Part shown: positions 15,950 to 24,585 of the stretch, in pieces
Layout of the letters: each line of letters begins with the position of its first letter
Position numbering within the stretch: the first letter of the stretch is position 1
IMG/VR virus record: IMGVR_UViG_3300037780_000074
Origin: a virus
Direction: 5' to 3' (one strand)
Length of the DNA stretch: 60,569 bases
The notes under the pieces: generated by a model
Database searches by the model: none
What the model was told of the DNA's origin: nothing
Seen by the model: only the letters and a program-made list of their open reading frames with translations
Translations under genes and position numbers: made by a program

Positions 15950-16330
15950 ATGAGCAAAGTACTAAAACTAGAAGGTATGGGTATGGGTTCGTCAGACGAC
16001 ATAGAACTCATTAAATCTGGTCTAGGTGAAGACGTTGAAATAATCACTTATGGGAACTTATACTACGATCCAAAACAGCTGAATAAAATCACAGTTGACA
16101 ATCCTGATTATATCTATATCAATTCTACAGGACTGTATAAGGATGGAATCAAAGAGTTAATCAATCGGTTCAAGGATACAGGATTCATTCCTAAGAATGT
16201 AATCTTCGGATGGATTGAGAACTCTAGTAAATCAATTCCTACAGAAATCATTGATTATTACAAAGAGCAAGGGACTAAGTTCTGGGAAGTTGATGAAACT
16301 AATGGAAAATTAATTGAGGTGTTTAAATGA
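15950..16330 (+). CDS. Hypothetical protein
   Basis: ORF of 126 aa. Confidence 0.55.
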   Translation: MSKVLKLEGMGMGSSDDIELIKSGLGEDVEIITYGNLYYDPKQLNKITVDNPDYIYINSTGLYKDGIKELINRFKDTGFIPKNVIFGWIENSSKSIPTEIIDYYKEQGTKFWEVDETNGKLIEVFK

Positions 16331-16779
16331 GTGAATTGAAAAGCTTTAAAACAAGTAAATGGCAGATAAAACTGAAATACGATGAAGATTTTCAGATATT
16401 AATGTGGAAAGCTAAGAATGGTAGGATTCCAGCGAGTACAGTTGAGCCTATAAATCCTATTATCGAAAAGATAAATACAAATAAAGACCGATGGGAATTG
16501 TATTGTAAGCCAAAAGAGTATGAATATTTGATTTACCACTTAAACTCAACAGCTAAAAAAGAGCATGAGGCGACTGAACTTACTTACGAGAAGGTTTACG
16601 AGGAGCTAAATGGGTTGAGAGGTATTCAGTTAGTACAAGCTATGAATAAATTTGAATGGTCAATGATTGATGAGGATAACAATGCACATCATTGGCACAA
16701 ATTAACATCTTTATTCTTTGGTATGCGTGAAGCTGTTGAACGTGGTTTAATGAAAATAAAGAGGGTCAACGATGAGTGA
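16327..16779 (+). CDS. Hypothetical protein, tandem paralogue A
   Basis: The N-terminus MSELKSFKTSKWQIKLKYDEDFQILMWKAKNGRI parallels that of the next gene. Confidence 0.6.
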   Translation: MSELKSFKTSKWQIKLKYDEDFQILMWKAKNGRIPASTVEPINPIIEKINTNKDRWELYCKPKEYEYLIYHLNSTAKKEHEATELTYEKVYEELNGLRGIQLVQAMNKFEWSMIDEDNNAHHWHKLTSLFFGMREAVERGLMKIKRVNDE

Positions 16780-17116
16780 ACTAAAACACTTTAAAGGAAA
16801 AGATTGGGAGATCAAGGTTAAGTATGACGAAGATATGGAGATGGTGCTATGGAAAGAGAGGAAAGGACAAATAGAAAGAAGCATTCCTTTTCATCACGTT
16901 GATATGTTATTAGTTGTGATAAATGAGAATGAGAGTTATTCAGCAATCTTTGAGAAAGAAGTTTATAATCAGCTAATTGAACATCTTAGCACAATAGAAA
17001 GATTAGAGCTGGAAGATAATCAACCAGAACTGACATTGAAAGATTGGTTACAGGAAATGTACAATCTCACTAAGAAATATGCTGATTATTTTGAAAGGCA
17101 GGGTGAGGAGGGCTAA
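16772..17116 (+). CDS. Hypothetical protein, tandem paralogue B
   Basis: N-terminus MSELKHFKGKDWEIKVKYDEDMEMVLWKERKGQI. Confidence 0.6.
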   Translation: MSELKHFKGKDWEIKVKYDEDMEMVLWKERKGQIERSIPFHHVDMLLVVINENESYSAIFEKEVYNQLIEHLSTIERLELEDNQPELTLKDWLQEMYNLTKKYADYFERQGEEG

Positions 17117-17350
17117 GTGAGTACAAAACACGAAATAAAGACAATTGATGACCTTGTTACACTGGTAACTTATGATAACAGACGGGAGTTTATAGATGCT
17201 ATTACTCATCTATTAGACCAAACATTAATTCTGAAAGCTATAGGAGGTAAGTTTGACCAAAGCAATCCAATCAAAGGTGTTGGGTTTACTTGGGTTGAAG
17301 ATGGAAAACAGAATTTTACAACAACAGTTGAGGCAACCAATGAAAATTGA
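17117..17350 (+). CDS. Hypothetical protein (GTG start)
   Basis: ORF of 77 aa starting at a GTG directly after the upstream stop. Confidence 0.45.
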   Translation: MSTKHEIKTIDDLVTLVTYDNRREFIDAITHLLDQTLILKAIGGKFDQSNPIKGVGFTWVEDGKQNFTTTVEATNEN

Positions 17351-17558
17351 AGTTGAAATACTAAAACCCAAAATGCCAAATTTTATTAGGTATAAGACTA
17401 AGAATTCCTTTAAGAAACAAGACGGAATAAACCCACAAGGTTCTGACAATACTATTCCAGTTGGCGAGCTAACTGAAAGACAAGCGGAGGAATACGCTAA
17501 TTTACTTTCACTTACCTTCTTACAGCATTGGGAGAATCAGAAGAGAGGTAACAAATGA
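17340..17558 (+). CDS. Hypothetical protein
   Basis: The track ORF starts at 17253. The ATG at 17340 overlaps the upstream stop region. Confidence 0.45.
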   Translation: MKIEVEILKPKMPNFIRYKTKNSFKKQDGINPQGSDNTIPVGELTERQAEEYANLLSLTFLQHWENQKRGNK

Positions 17559-17848
17559 GTTTAAATGAAAATGAGCATGGGTATTCCTTTAAATGGAGCA
17601 AGTACAAAGGAGACTATGATAAATACGAATATGATATTAAGACGAAGTCAGGTGAAGTGATTCTAAACTGCTACCCAAACGCTGGAAAGTTCAATCTAAA
17701 CTGGGGTGTCAGAAAACAAGTGCATGAAGAGGATGTAAGTGAGATAAAAATCAGTACCAAACCGCAATTGGGTATTAATCCTAGGTACTGGTATAATGAT
17801 GATTATAAGGGGAATTTCAGAAAGTGGAAGGAGAAACATGATGACTAA
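17555..17848 (+). CDS. Hypothetical protein
   Basis: ORF of 97 aa. Confidence 0.55.
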   Translation: MSLNENEHGYSFKWSKYKGDYDKYEYDIKTKSGEVILNCYPNAGKFNLNWGVRKQVHEEDVSEIKISTKPQLGINPRYWYNDDYKGNFRKWKEKHDD

Positions 17849-18005
17849 AGAGGATATAAATAACAAGATACAGCTAAAGGTTGAAAAGTTATTCTACAGC
17901 CCTGAACCTTTTACAGATTGGGATATACTAAAACTTACATTGTTATTTATTGTATGGATTCCCTTTGCATATCAAAACTATTACAGGGAGAAGTATGATG
18001 ACTAA
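17838..18005 (+). CDS. Small membrane protein
   Basis: The ATG at 17838 is preferred over 17796. Hydrophobic segment LLFIVWIPFAY. Confidence 0.4.
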   Translation: MMTKEDINNKIQLKVEKLFYSPEPFTDWDILKLTLLFIVWIPFAYQNYYREKYDD

Positions 18006-18033
18006 AGAAGTAGAACAATCAAAGAGATAGAGA

Positions 18034-18423
18034 ATGAACATAGACGAGATAAATGAATTAATTACTGAAAATCAGTTAATGACTGCAAGGGAATTTTATT
18101 ATGATTCTGGTGGCTGTGGTTGTGATGTTGACTCAACAATTAGCTTTGCTGAAGATTATATTGACTATACAAATATAACAAAATCTAAGTTAAGAACACT
18201 CACAGCTAAGCGGAATAAGTTGATAAGAATTGAGATTTATAGTTATTTAGACGTCAATAGAGAAATAATTTTTAGCTCTAACTATCCAGCATCAACAGCA
18301 TCAGAGCTACTACATAACGAGTACTTAGACAAATATAGTGTGTGCGATTATAAATTCATTCGTAATACCTGTATTAAATGGAGTAAAAAGATAGGTGCTT
18401 ATTTGAATATGGAGAATTTTTAA
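18034..18423 (+). CDS. Hypothetical protein
   Basis: ORF of 129 aa. Its first 12 nt (atgaacatagac) are identical to those of the next gene. Confidence 0.55.
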   Translation: MNIDEINELITENQLMTAREFYYDSGGCGCDVDSTISFAEDYIDYTNITKSKLRTLTAKRNKLIRIEIYSYLDVNREIIFSSNYPASTASELLHNEYLDKYSVCDYKFIRNTCIKWSKKIGAYLNMENF

Positions 18424-18812
18424 TGAACATAGACAAGATAGTTAAAGAGTGCCCTGACGCGTGGAGTGAGTGGTTGGAGTATAAATATCCTAACTTTAAA
18501 CAAGTATACAATGGCATTTACAAAGTCAGCATTCAAGACAGTTTTATTTGGATAACAACAACAACGTACCAACGCTTGTATGTCCATTTAAGAGAGTTGT
18601 TCGACTACTTCGATAGTGTGGGGATAGAGATATACCCTTTTAATGATTTCACAACAGGCAATGGGTGTAGAATATATATAAGATTTAGGAATGGTAGATT
18701 AAATCTTGTTAGAACATTAACTGGAAAAGACAACCGCACCGAAGCGGAATTTGAGGCAATACCAAAAGCCTTTGAGATTAGACAACAACAAATTGAGCAA
18801 AAGAATGATTAA
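18423..18812 (+). CDS. Hypothetical protein
   Basis: ORF of 129 aa. Confidence 0.55.
   Translation: MNIDKIVKECPDAWSEWLEYKYPNFKQVYNGIYKVSIQDSFIWITTTTYQRLYVHLRELFDYFDSVGIEIYPFNDFTTGNGCRIYIRFRNGRLNLVRTLTGKDNRTEAEFEAIPKAFEIRQQQIEQKND
18787..18808 (+). repeat. Gene-junction repeat aacaaattgagcaaaagaATGa, copy 1
   Basis: An exact 22-mer also occurs at 18995-19016. A degenerate copy is at about 19354-19373. Confidence 0.9.
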
Positions 18813-19026
18813 AGACATTGGAATTATATTATTTATGGTGCTATTAGTGTTAAGTGTTATATTTTTCAGCAGTTATATAGTATTGCCAAGCAACTGGATA
18901 ACTGCAATAGGATTACCTGAAATTGAATTGAATATAGTTACATTGATACTAACTCCATTAGTAGGCATTAGCGCTTTTATAATTGTAGGTAGCAAACAAA
19001 TTGAGCAAAAGAATGAGACTAACTAA
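18805..19026 (+). CDS. Small membrane protein
   Basis: The ATG at 18805 lies inside the junction repeat. Two hydrophobic segments (IILFMVLLVLSVIFF, LILTPLVGISAFIIV). Confidence 0.5.
   Translation: MIKDIGIILFMVLLVLSVIFFSSYIVLPSNWITAIGLPEIELNIVTLILTPLVGISAFIIVGSKQIEQKNETN
18995..19016 (+). repeat. Gene-junction repeat aacaaattgagcaaaagaATGa, copy 2
   Basis: Exact copy. ATG at 19013. Confidence 0.9.
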
Positions 19027-19384
19027 AAAGCAGAGAGAAGAATTAAAACAAAAGTATGGTGGTAGGTGTGCTTATTGCGGATGTGAACTACCAAAGAGAT
19101 GGCACGCAGACCATATTGAGCCTGTTAGGCGTTTAGGCGGTAGAATAGAGTTTCCAGAAAGACACTACATGGAAAATTTAAATCCATCATGTCCTAGCTG
19201 TAACATCCAAAAACATTCAGAAACATTAGAAAACTTCAGATGGAATATAGAACATTTTATTCATAGTCTTAACTCCTATCACAATCAATACAAGTTTGCT
19301 AAGAAATTCGGACTAGTAAAGGAAACAGGGAATAAAGTAGTTTTCTACTTCGAGCAATTTGAGCAAAATAATCAGGAGAATTGA
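19013..19384 (+). CDS. HNH endonuclease
   Basis: CAYCGCEL ... WHADHIEPV ... NLNPSCPSCNIQKH (Cys pairs plus H-N-H residues). Confidence 0.8.
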   Translation: MRLTKKQREELKQKYGGRCAYCGCELPKRWHADHIEPVRRLGGRIEFPERHYMENLNPSCPSCNIQKHSETLENFRWNIEHFIHSLNSYHNQYKFAKKFGLVKETGNKVVFYFEQFEQNNQEN

Positions 19385-19389
19385 GTAAA

Positions 19390-19881
19390 ATGAAAAAGCA
19401 CACATTGAATATAGCTAAATATGAAGAAGGACTAAAGGTCACATTCAACAATCAGAATGATTCGACTGTTGCAAGTAAATCTCTAAATAAAGCAATAAGT
19501 AAATTCAAAGAGCAATGGGAGACAGAAATAGGTTATGTCCACCTTAAAGCATTGCCAATTTTCAAGAACACTATGCTAACTATTGACTGGATTATATTTA
19601 AGCGGTTCGGAGATGAGATTGGCTTTAGATGTAAGTCATCATTTAAAACACCAGGCTATGAAGATAAGCATAAGACTGAGCTAACAGATGGTGAATGGTG
19701 GTTATTTAGTAGTGAAATATTTAGTGAGGAGGAAGTAGAGAAAAATGAGATGAAAATAGATTATATGAGAGACTCATTAGTGCCACTTGCTTATGATCTG
19801 TTAGTAGAAATTGAGGCATGTATGAATGGTTATGATGCTAATATGAAAATGTTCAACAATCCAATAAGTGAGACTGAATGA
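19390..19881 (+). CDS. Hypothetical protein
   Basis: The ATG at 19390 is preceded by aggag. The track ORF starts at a TTG at 19381. Confidence 0.55.
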   Translation: MKKHTLNIAKYEEGLKVTFNNQNDSTVASKSLNKAISKFKEQWETEIGYVHLKALPIFKNTMLTIDWIIFKRFGDEIGFRCKSSFKTPGYEDKHKTELTDGEWWLFSSEIFSEEEVEKNEMKIDYMRDSLVPLAYDLLVEIEACMNGYDANMKMFNNPISETE

Positions 19882-19882
19882 G

Positions 19883-20215
19883 ATGGGAGGTCTTATTGCA
19901 GCTCTAATTATACTAACACCTGGCACAATCCTTTTTCTTTTATTCCATTGGGCCACTAAAGAATGGGAAAAAGAATATAGAATGAGTAATTCTAAATATA
20001 GCGAGACACCTCTTACCTTTGAAGAAGTGAGAATGGGTACAAAATTCTATGACCCATCACTAGATATGATTGTGGAAGTAGAATCAATAGACGATATACA
20101 TAATGTTTGGGCGCATAGTTGTTACAGTAAAACTGGAGCATCAATGTCTTTAGGAGTTTATTGCTTTGAAAAGGAATGTAATTTATATGATGAAGTGTTT
20201 GAAGTAACTGTATAA
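19883..20215 (+). CDS. Hypothetical membrane-anchored protein
   Basis: N-terminal hydrophobic segment GGLIAALIILTPGTILFLLF. Confidence 0.5.
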   Translation: MGGLIAALIILTPGTILFLLFHWATKEWEKEYRMSNSKYSETPLTFEEVRMGTKFYDPSLDMIVEVESIDDIHNVWAHSCYSKTGASMSLGVYCFEKECNLYDEVFEVTV

Positions 20216-20262
20216 TTTCAATTATAATCATTAACTTGCCTTGCAACAAAAAGATTATATTG

Positions 20263-20481
20263 ATGAAGCCACGCAGACTAACACCTGAAGAAATACATAG
20301 ATATGACTATATTGAGCACTCTGATGATGAGTATATAGCTAATATCAACGATGAAGACGTACAGATCACAAAAGAGCAGTACAAAGAGCTGAGGATAGAG
20401 GAGATTAATCAGGAAATTAAGGAAGTGGAATCTCATTTAGCTAATCTGAAACAGCAAAAGAAAGAGATAGAGGATTTGTAG
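20263..20481 (+). CDS. Hypothetical coiled-coil protein
   Basis: The ATG at 20263 is preferred over the TTG at 20236. Confidence 0.5.
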   Translation: MKPRRLTPEEIHRYDYIEHSDDEYIANINDEDVQITKEQYKELRIEEINQEIKEVESHLANLKQQKKEIEDL

Positions 20482-20499
20482 AGAGTGGATTAATAACAC

Positions 20500-20575
20500 G
20501 GGCAAACCTACTAGTACAAATCATCGCGACGTTCATCTCTCTCAAAAGCCATCACTATTGCATCTTCAATTTGCC
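20500..20575 (+). other. Structured element: stem gggcaaa/tttgccc enclosing the ttcatctctctcaa motif
   Basis: 7-bp closing stem. The 14-nt motif at 20531-20544 is identical to 7147-7160. It lies directly after the stop at 20481. Confidence 0.4.
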
Positions 20576-20700
20576 CTGTTCTAATTAGAACTGATGTAGC
20601 AAAACAAATCTAAACAAAACAAAATTATAATTCAAGATTATTGAAAGTTATTTCTAATTTCGATATATTGGACTTCTAAGAAACAACTATTGGAATCACA

Positions 20701-21111
20701 TTGGATAATAGAGTATACCTCAAACTAAATGAATCATTTGAAGACAAGCTACCTACATTATTAAATGAGCTAGATACTCTCAGAGGGATTTCATTAAAGG
20801 ATATCGAAGATATTAAAAAGCTGAAGAAAGCAGTTGAGTTTATGATGCTCAATGAAGAACATGGAGAAAACGTGGTAACCTATGAAATACCTATAGAGAT
20901 TTGCATTGAGTTTCAGGAAGCATTGTATTTATTCGGATTTGGTGGTTCTCACCTTGCTCAATTATTGAGTTCTGAAACACAATCTGATCTAAGGAATATA
21001 GTTATGGCCATGAATGAGTCTATAAATAGAAATCAGAATATTCCTCAGGAATACAAAGAGGAATATTTTGAAAGTTTTGGGTATGTGAAATTAATATTAG
21101 AGAGGACGTAA
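20701..21111 (+). CDS. Hypothetical protein (TTG start as given in the track)
   Basis: ORF of 136 aa after a 219-nt AT-rich intergenic region. The start codon is uncertain. Confidence 0.45.
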   Translation: MDNRVYLKLNESFEDKLPTLLNELDTLRGISLKDIEDIKKLKKAVEFMMLNEEHGENVVTYEIPIEICIEFQEALYLFGFGGSHLAQLLSSETQSDLRNIVMAMNESINRNQNIPQEYKEEYFESFGYVKLILERT

Positions 21112-21344
21112 TGACAAATGAAAAGAAAATGGAACTATTGGGCTCTGCATATAAAAAACTAACTATAGAGGAATTCGTAGTTTTAAGTCAAGATGTAGTT
21201 GCTAAGTACAAAGCATCTGAAAGAGAAAGGCATGAGTTATATATGAATTTAAGCAGATTTGGAGAAAACTCTGGAGTCAGTTTTAAAGAAGCTGCACTTA
21301 ATTTCAGCAATACCGTGAGCACGTTAAACAATGTTGAGGCATAG
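21111..21344 (+). CDS. Hypothetical protein
   Basis: ORF of 77 aa. Confidence 0.5.
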   Translation: MTNEKKMELLGSAYKKLTIEEFVVLSQDVVAKYKASERERHELYMNLSRFGENSGVSFKEAALNFSNTVSTLNNVEA

Positions 21345-21346
21345 AT

Positions 21347-21574
21347 ATGGACAACCAAAAAATTATAAATGCTATTAAAGAACATAGTCCAGAACTGATG
21401 GATAAGCATACAGAGAAGCAAATAGACGACGTTCTGACAGGGGTTCAAATAATTTCAGATGTGATGGTAGAGGTAGTACATAATGCTATAGAGGCTATTA
21501 ATGAAATGCGTAAAAATCCAGAGTTCAACCAGTTGGTAGAGGCTAGTATTAAGATGAATGAGGCGAGAGGATGA
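21347..21574 (+). CDS. Hypothetical protein
   Basis: ORF of 75 aa. Confidence 0.5.
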   Translation: MDNQKIINAIKEHSPELMDKHTEKQIDDVLTGVQIISDVMVEVVHNAIEAINEMRKNPEFNQLVEASIKMNEARG

Positions 21575-21960
21575 TAGAAGGGAATACAAACTATAACCAT
21601 AAGATAGATTTTGAGAAGGTTTATAAGATTTTAGAAATATTAGAATCCTTACCAGGAGATAATTTTGAAATCGAATACTTTAGAGAACTAGATATAAATG
21701 ATAATTCAAATAAATTAGCTTACTATTTAGAACGAATGGATGAAGCGGGCTTTGTTATACTAAAAGGTCGGCAAGATGAGGGTGGTAATGTTTATTTGGA
21801 ATATCCAATAATCACTTACAAAGGTCATGAGTATTTGGCCAACCTCAGGAATGACACTATTCGTAACAAAGTAAAAGAGAAAATTGCTAAGATTGGTGGT
21901 TCTGTATCTATAAATCTCATCACCAAAATAGTTACTGAGATAGTTATGAGAGGAATCTAA
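21571..21960 (+). CDS. Winged-helix (DUF2513/YjcQ-like) protein
   Basis: AYYLERMDEAGFV ... ITYKGHEYLANL resembles DUF2513 proteins as recalled. Confidence 0.4.
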   Translation: MIEGNTNYNHKIDFEKVYKILEILESLPGDNFEIEYFRELDINDNSNKLAYYLERMDEAGFVILKGRQDEGGNVYLEYPIITYKGHEYLANLRNDTIRNKVKEKIAKIGGSVSINLITKIVTEIVMRGI

Positions 21961-22628
21961 CGTAGATTCGTTGGTTGTGGAATATTTACCAATTCTCTAA
22001 ACTGACAATCTATAAGTGAAGCGATTTGAGATATAATCTTTTCCTCATCTACATTTAAGGCTTCACCCATTTCCAAATTGATTAGTCTTTTGAGAATACT
22101 TTCATCTACATTTATTTCTTTTGAAATAATAGAAACTATGTATCTTTTCTCTTTACTTGTAAGCTTACCTAAGTTCCTGAACAGGTATTTTAGGTTATAT
22201 TTATACTTATACTTCGTAGGCAAATAGTCAATATATTCTTGCAAATCGTACTTTTCTGATTTATCTCTTAACTCTTTTAGAAGCTTTGGAGCAGTGTTTA
22301 CCATCTGATACTCTTTTTCATAGATATTAAATCTACAATTTATATCATCTCTTTTGATCTTGAAACCTTCTAAAGCCATAGCGTAAATAAACTCACCATT
22401 CGAAATGTAATGTTTGCGGTCAGTGTATCTTTGGAATATTTTTTTTATGCCATAAGATGTATGATTATAGTTGTACCTATCGGACTTATGGAAATACTTT
22501 CTAATTAATGGTCTAACCCAAATGACATTTGAATTTTGTTCTGATATACCACCACTAATACCCTTAAGGTTTACAAAGCCTTTTTGTGTTAAACCAGCTA
22601 AATCTTTTTCAATATTTTTCATCTTCAA
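21957..22628 (-). CDS. Hypothetical protein (last gene of the leftward operon)
   Basis: ORF of 223 aa, convergent with 21571..21960 (4-nt overlap). Confidence 0.55.
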   Translation of the reverse strand: MKMKNIEKDLAGLTQKGFVNLKGISGGISEQNSNVIWVRPLIRKYFHKSDRYNYNHTSYGIKKIFQRYTDRKHYISNGEFIYAMALEGFKIKRDDINCRFNIYEKEYQMVNTAPKLLKELRDKSEKYDLQEYIDYLPTKYKYKYNLKYLFRNLGKLTSKEKRYIVSIISKEINVDESILKRLINLEMGEALNVDEEKIISQIASLIDCQFRELVNIPQPTNLR

Positions 22629-22681
22629 TTCCTCTTTTGTACAATGATAATGAAAAATAATTTGTAGTTATTAACAAGTTT

Positions 22682-23230
22682 TCAAAACAACTGACTCTCA
22701 ATAAATTCGATAATCTCAATAATATCATCATCAGTAAGAGTTAGAAACGGTGAAGCAGGCACATTCATTTCACGTGTATGTGCCTTTACTTCATATTCTT
22801 TGCCGGACTTGTTCTTCCTCAAATGTTGAACTACACTCACCTTTCCTTTAAATCCAAAGTTATGTGCGGCACCATAAGGAGAAGCCATTCTAATTGATAT
22901 TTGAGAATTGCCATGAGGTGTTACATTGATGGAATCACGCATATTTGCAGTTCTATCTAATGTTCTTTTTAGTGGGTTTATCCCTCTTCGCTTGTAGACT
23001 TTTATTGTGCTAGTCGCTAGTGGCTTCCATCGGCTATTTCCACCTGAGAATAAATCTACAGAACTAGAGTTTCCATTCCACCTACCATAGTTACTGAAAT
23101 TTTGGTCAATTGCTTGTTCAATTATCTCGGCAATGGTATCGAGTAGAGGGGTTAGGTCTGAATACTGTTCCTGAACAGAAGAGTAGACAGAATTCATCCT
23201 ATCTATTAATTGCTTTCTTTCTAAATCCAT
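22682..23230 (-). CDS. Mu G-like virion morphogenesis protein
   Basis: WKPLATSTIKVYKRRG ... YGAAHNFG ... VPASPFLTLTDDD fits the virion morphogenesis (Mu gpG) family. It lies directly after the MuF-like gene. Confidence 0.65.
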   Translation of the reverse strand: MDLERKQLIDRMNSVYSSVQEQYSDLTPLLDTIAEIIEQAIDQNFSNYGRWNGNSSSVDLFSGGNSRWKPLATSTIKVYKRRGINPLKRTLDRTANMRDSINVTPHGNSQISIRMASPYGAAHNFGFKGKVSVVQHLRKNKSGKEYEVKAHTREMNVPASPFLTLTDDDIIEIIEFIESQLF

Positions 23231-24585
23231 TATAGTATCTCCTCTAGAGTTATTATTAATCGCGCCTCATTATCCTCAACATTAACAACTTTGAATAGCT
23301 TATTACGACCAATAATTCTATTATCACTCGTTTCTGATAAATCACTGATGTCAACGGCGTTTTTACTGCTGTATTTAAATACTAAGTTTCCAGAGCCTAG
23401 AGTGTCAGAAGCTAAAATATAATTTCTTTCTTCAATCACCTCATCAATAGAATACTTCTTTTTGAATTCATTTAGTTCATCAGGAGAGACAGATTTACTT
23501 TTATAGATATACTGATTCCTACTTGTTGGTGATTTCACAGCTTTATCAATAGCAGTATCTAACACTTTTTTGTAACCAGTGAGTATTTTTCCTGAAGAAC
23601 CACCAACTGACTTTAACATCTCTTGCATTTTTTCTGTAGTAATTGCATTCAGAGAAGACTTTTCTTCTTCAGATAGGTTCTTGTGTGCATTTCTCTTTTG
23701 CTTATCTGTGGTGGTCTTTTTGATTGATTCTTTCATAATTTTGGAACGCTTAGCATCTGCTAATTCCCGTTTAGTATATTTTGCCTTTGATTTTAGAAGC
23801 TCTCTAGCTTGGTCTCTTAATTCTCTAGAGTATTTCTTCATATCTTTTTCAAAATCTGTTCCTCTTGGGTCAAATCTGTCCATTTCATCCAAATCAATCT
23901 GCTTTACATCTTTGTCAAGTTTCAGTTCTTTCAGCACATTACCTACAGATTCAACTTTCCCATTCATGTTTTTGAGTTGTCTTTCTGAAAGTGACCTCAT
24001 TCGACAATGACACCCAAAACCATTGGGTGGATAAATCCTGTGTATCTCTGGGTCATCAGCTCTAAATATTCTACCATCTAATTTAGCATGAGTTTCTCTT
24101 TTCGTATTCCTTTCCTTTTGCATGTAAAATAAGTAAGGTCTAGCTTTACTAGCTTTCATCTGTTGCTTAAATCTAGCTTGGGATTGGGCTACTCTAATAT
24201 TAGTTCTCAGTATAAGATTGAGCCTACTCTCAGAACCTAACTGAATGGTTTTCATTTCACCAGTTTTTGGGTCCTTTATTGTATGTTTTCCCCACCATCC
24301 CTTTTTCTGAAGAATTGGAATGATTTGTTCTTTAAATTCCTTAACGGATTTACCAGAAGTTTTAAAGTCTTCAATTGCTTTAAAAATATCATCGAGTAAA
24401 TCCAACTGTGAAACCTTAGCCACTGTAAATGCCTTAGCATGAGCATCGCCACTCAGGGCATCATAACTATCAGTTATACGCTTGTTATTTCCTTTCTTCT
24501 TTAATGCGTCTAAACCTTTGTCAGCACCTTTTTTAGTCGCCTTCTTTAGTGCATCAGCTAAAGTATTTGAAAGTAATCTAGGCAT
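23230..24585 (-). CDS. Head morphogenesis protein, MuF / SPP1 gp7 family, with a long C-terminal extension
   Basis: RTNIRVAQSQARF ... HAKLDGRIFRADDP ... YPPNGFGCHCR is the family signature. About 230 extra C-terminal residues. Confidence 0.8.
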   Translation of the reverse strand: MPRLLSNTLADALKKATKKGADKGLDALKKKGNNKRITDSYDALSGDAHAKAFTVAKVSQLDLLDDIFKAIEDFKTSGKSVKEFKEQIIPILQKKGWWGKHTIKDPKTGEMKTIQLGSESRLNLILRTNIRVAQSQARFKQQMKASKARPYLFYMQKERNTKRETHAKLDGRIFRADDPEIHRIYPPNGFGCHCRMRSLSERQLKNMNGKVESVGNVLKELKLDKDVKQIDLDEMDRFDPRGTDFEKDMKKYSRELRDQARELLKSKAKYTKRELADAKRSKIMKESIKKTTTDKQKRNAHKNLSEEEKSSLNAITTEKMQEMLKSVGGSSGKILTGYKKVLDTAIDKAVKSPTSRNQYIYKSKSVSPDELNEFKKKYSIDEVIEERNYILASDTLGSGNLVFKYSSKNAVDISDLSETSDNRIIGRNKLFKVVNVEDNEARLIITLEEIL

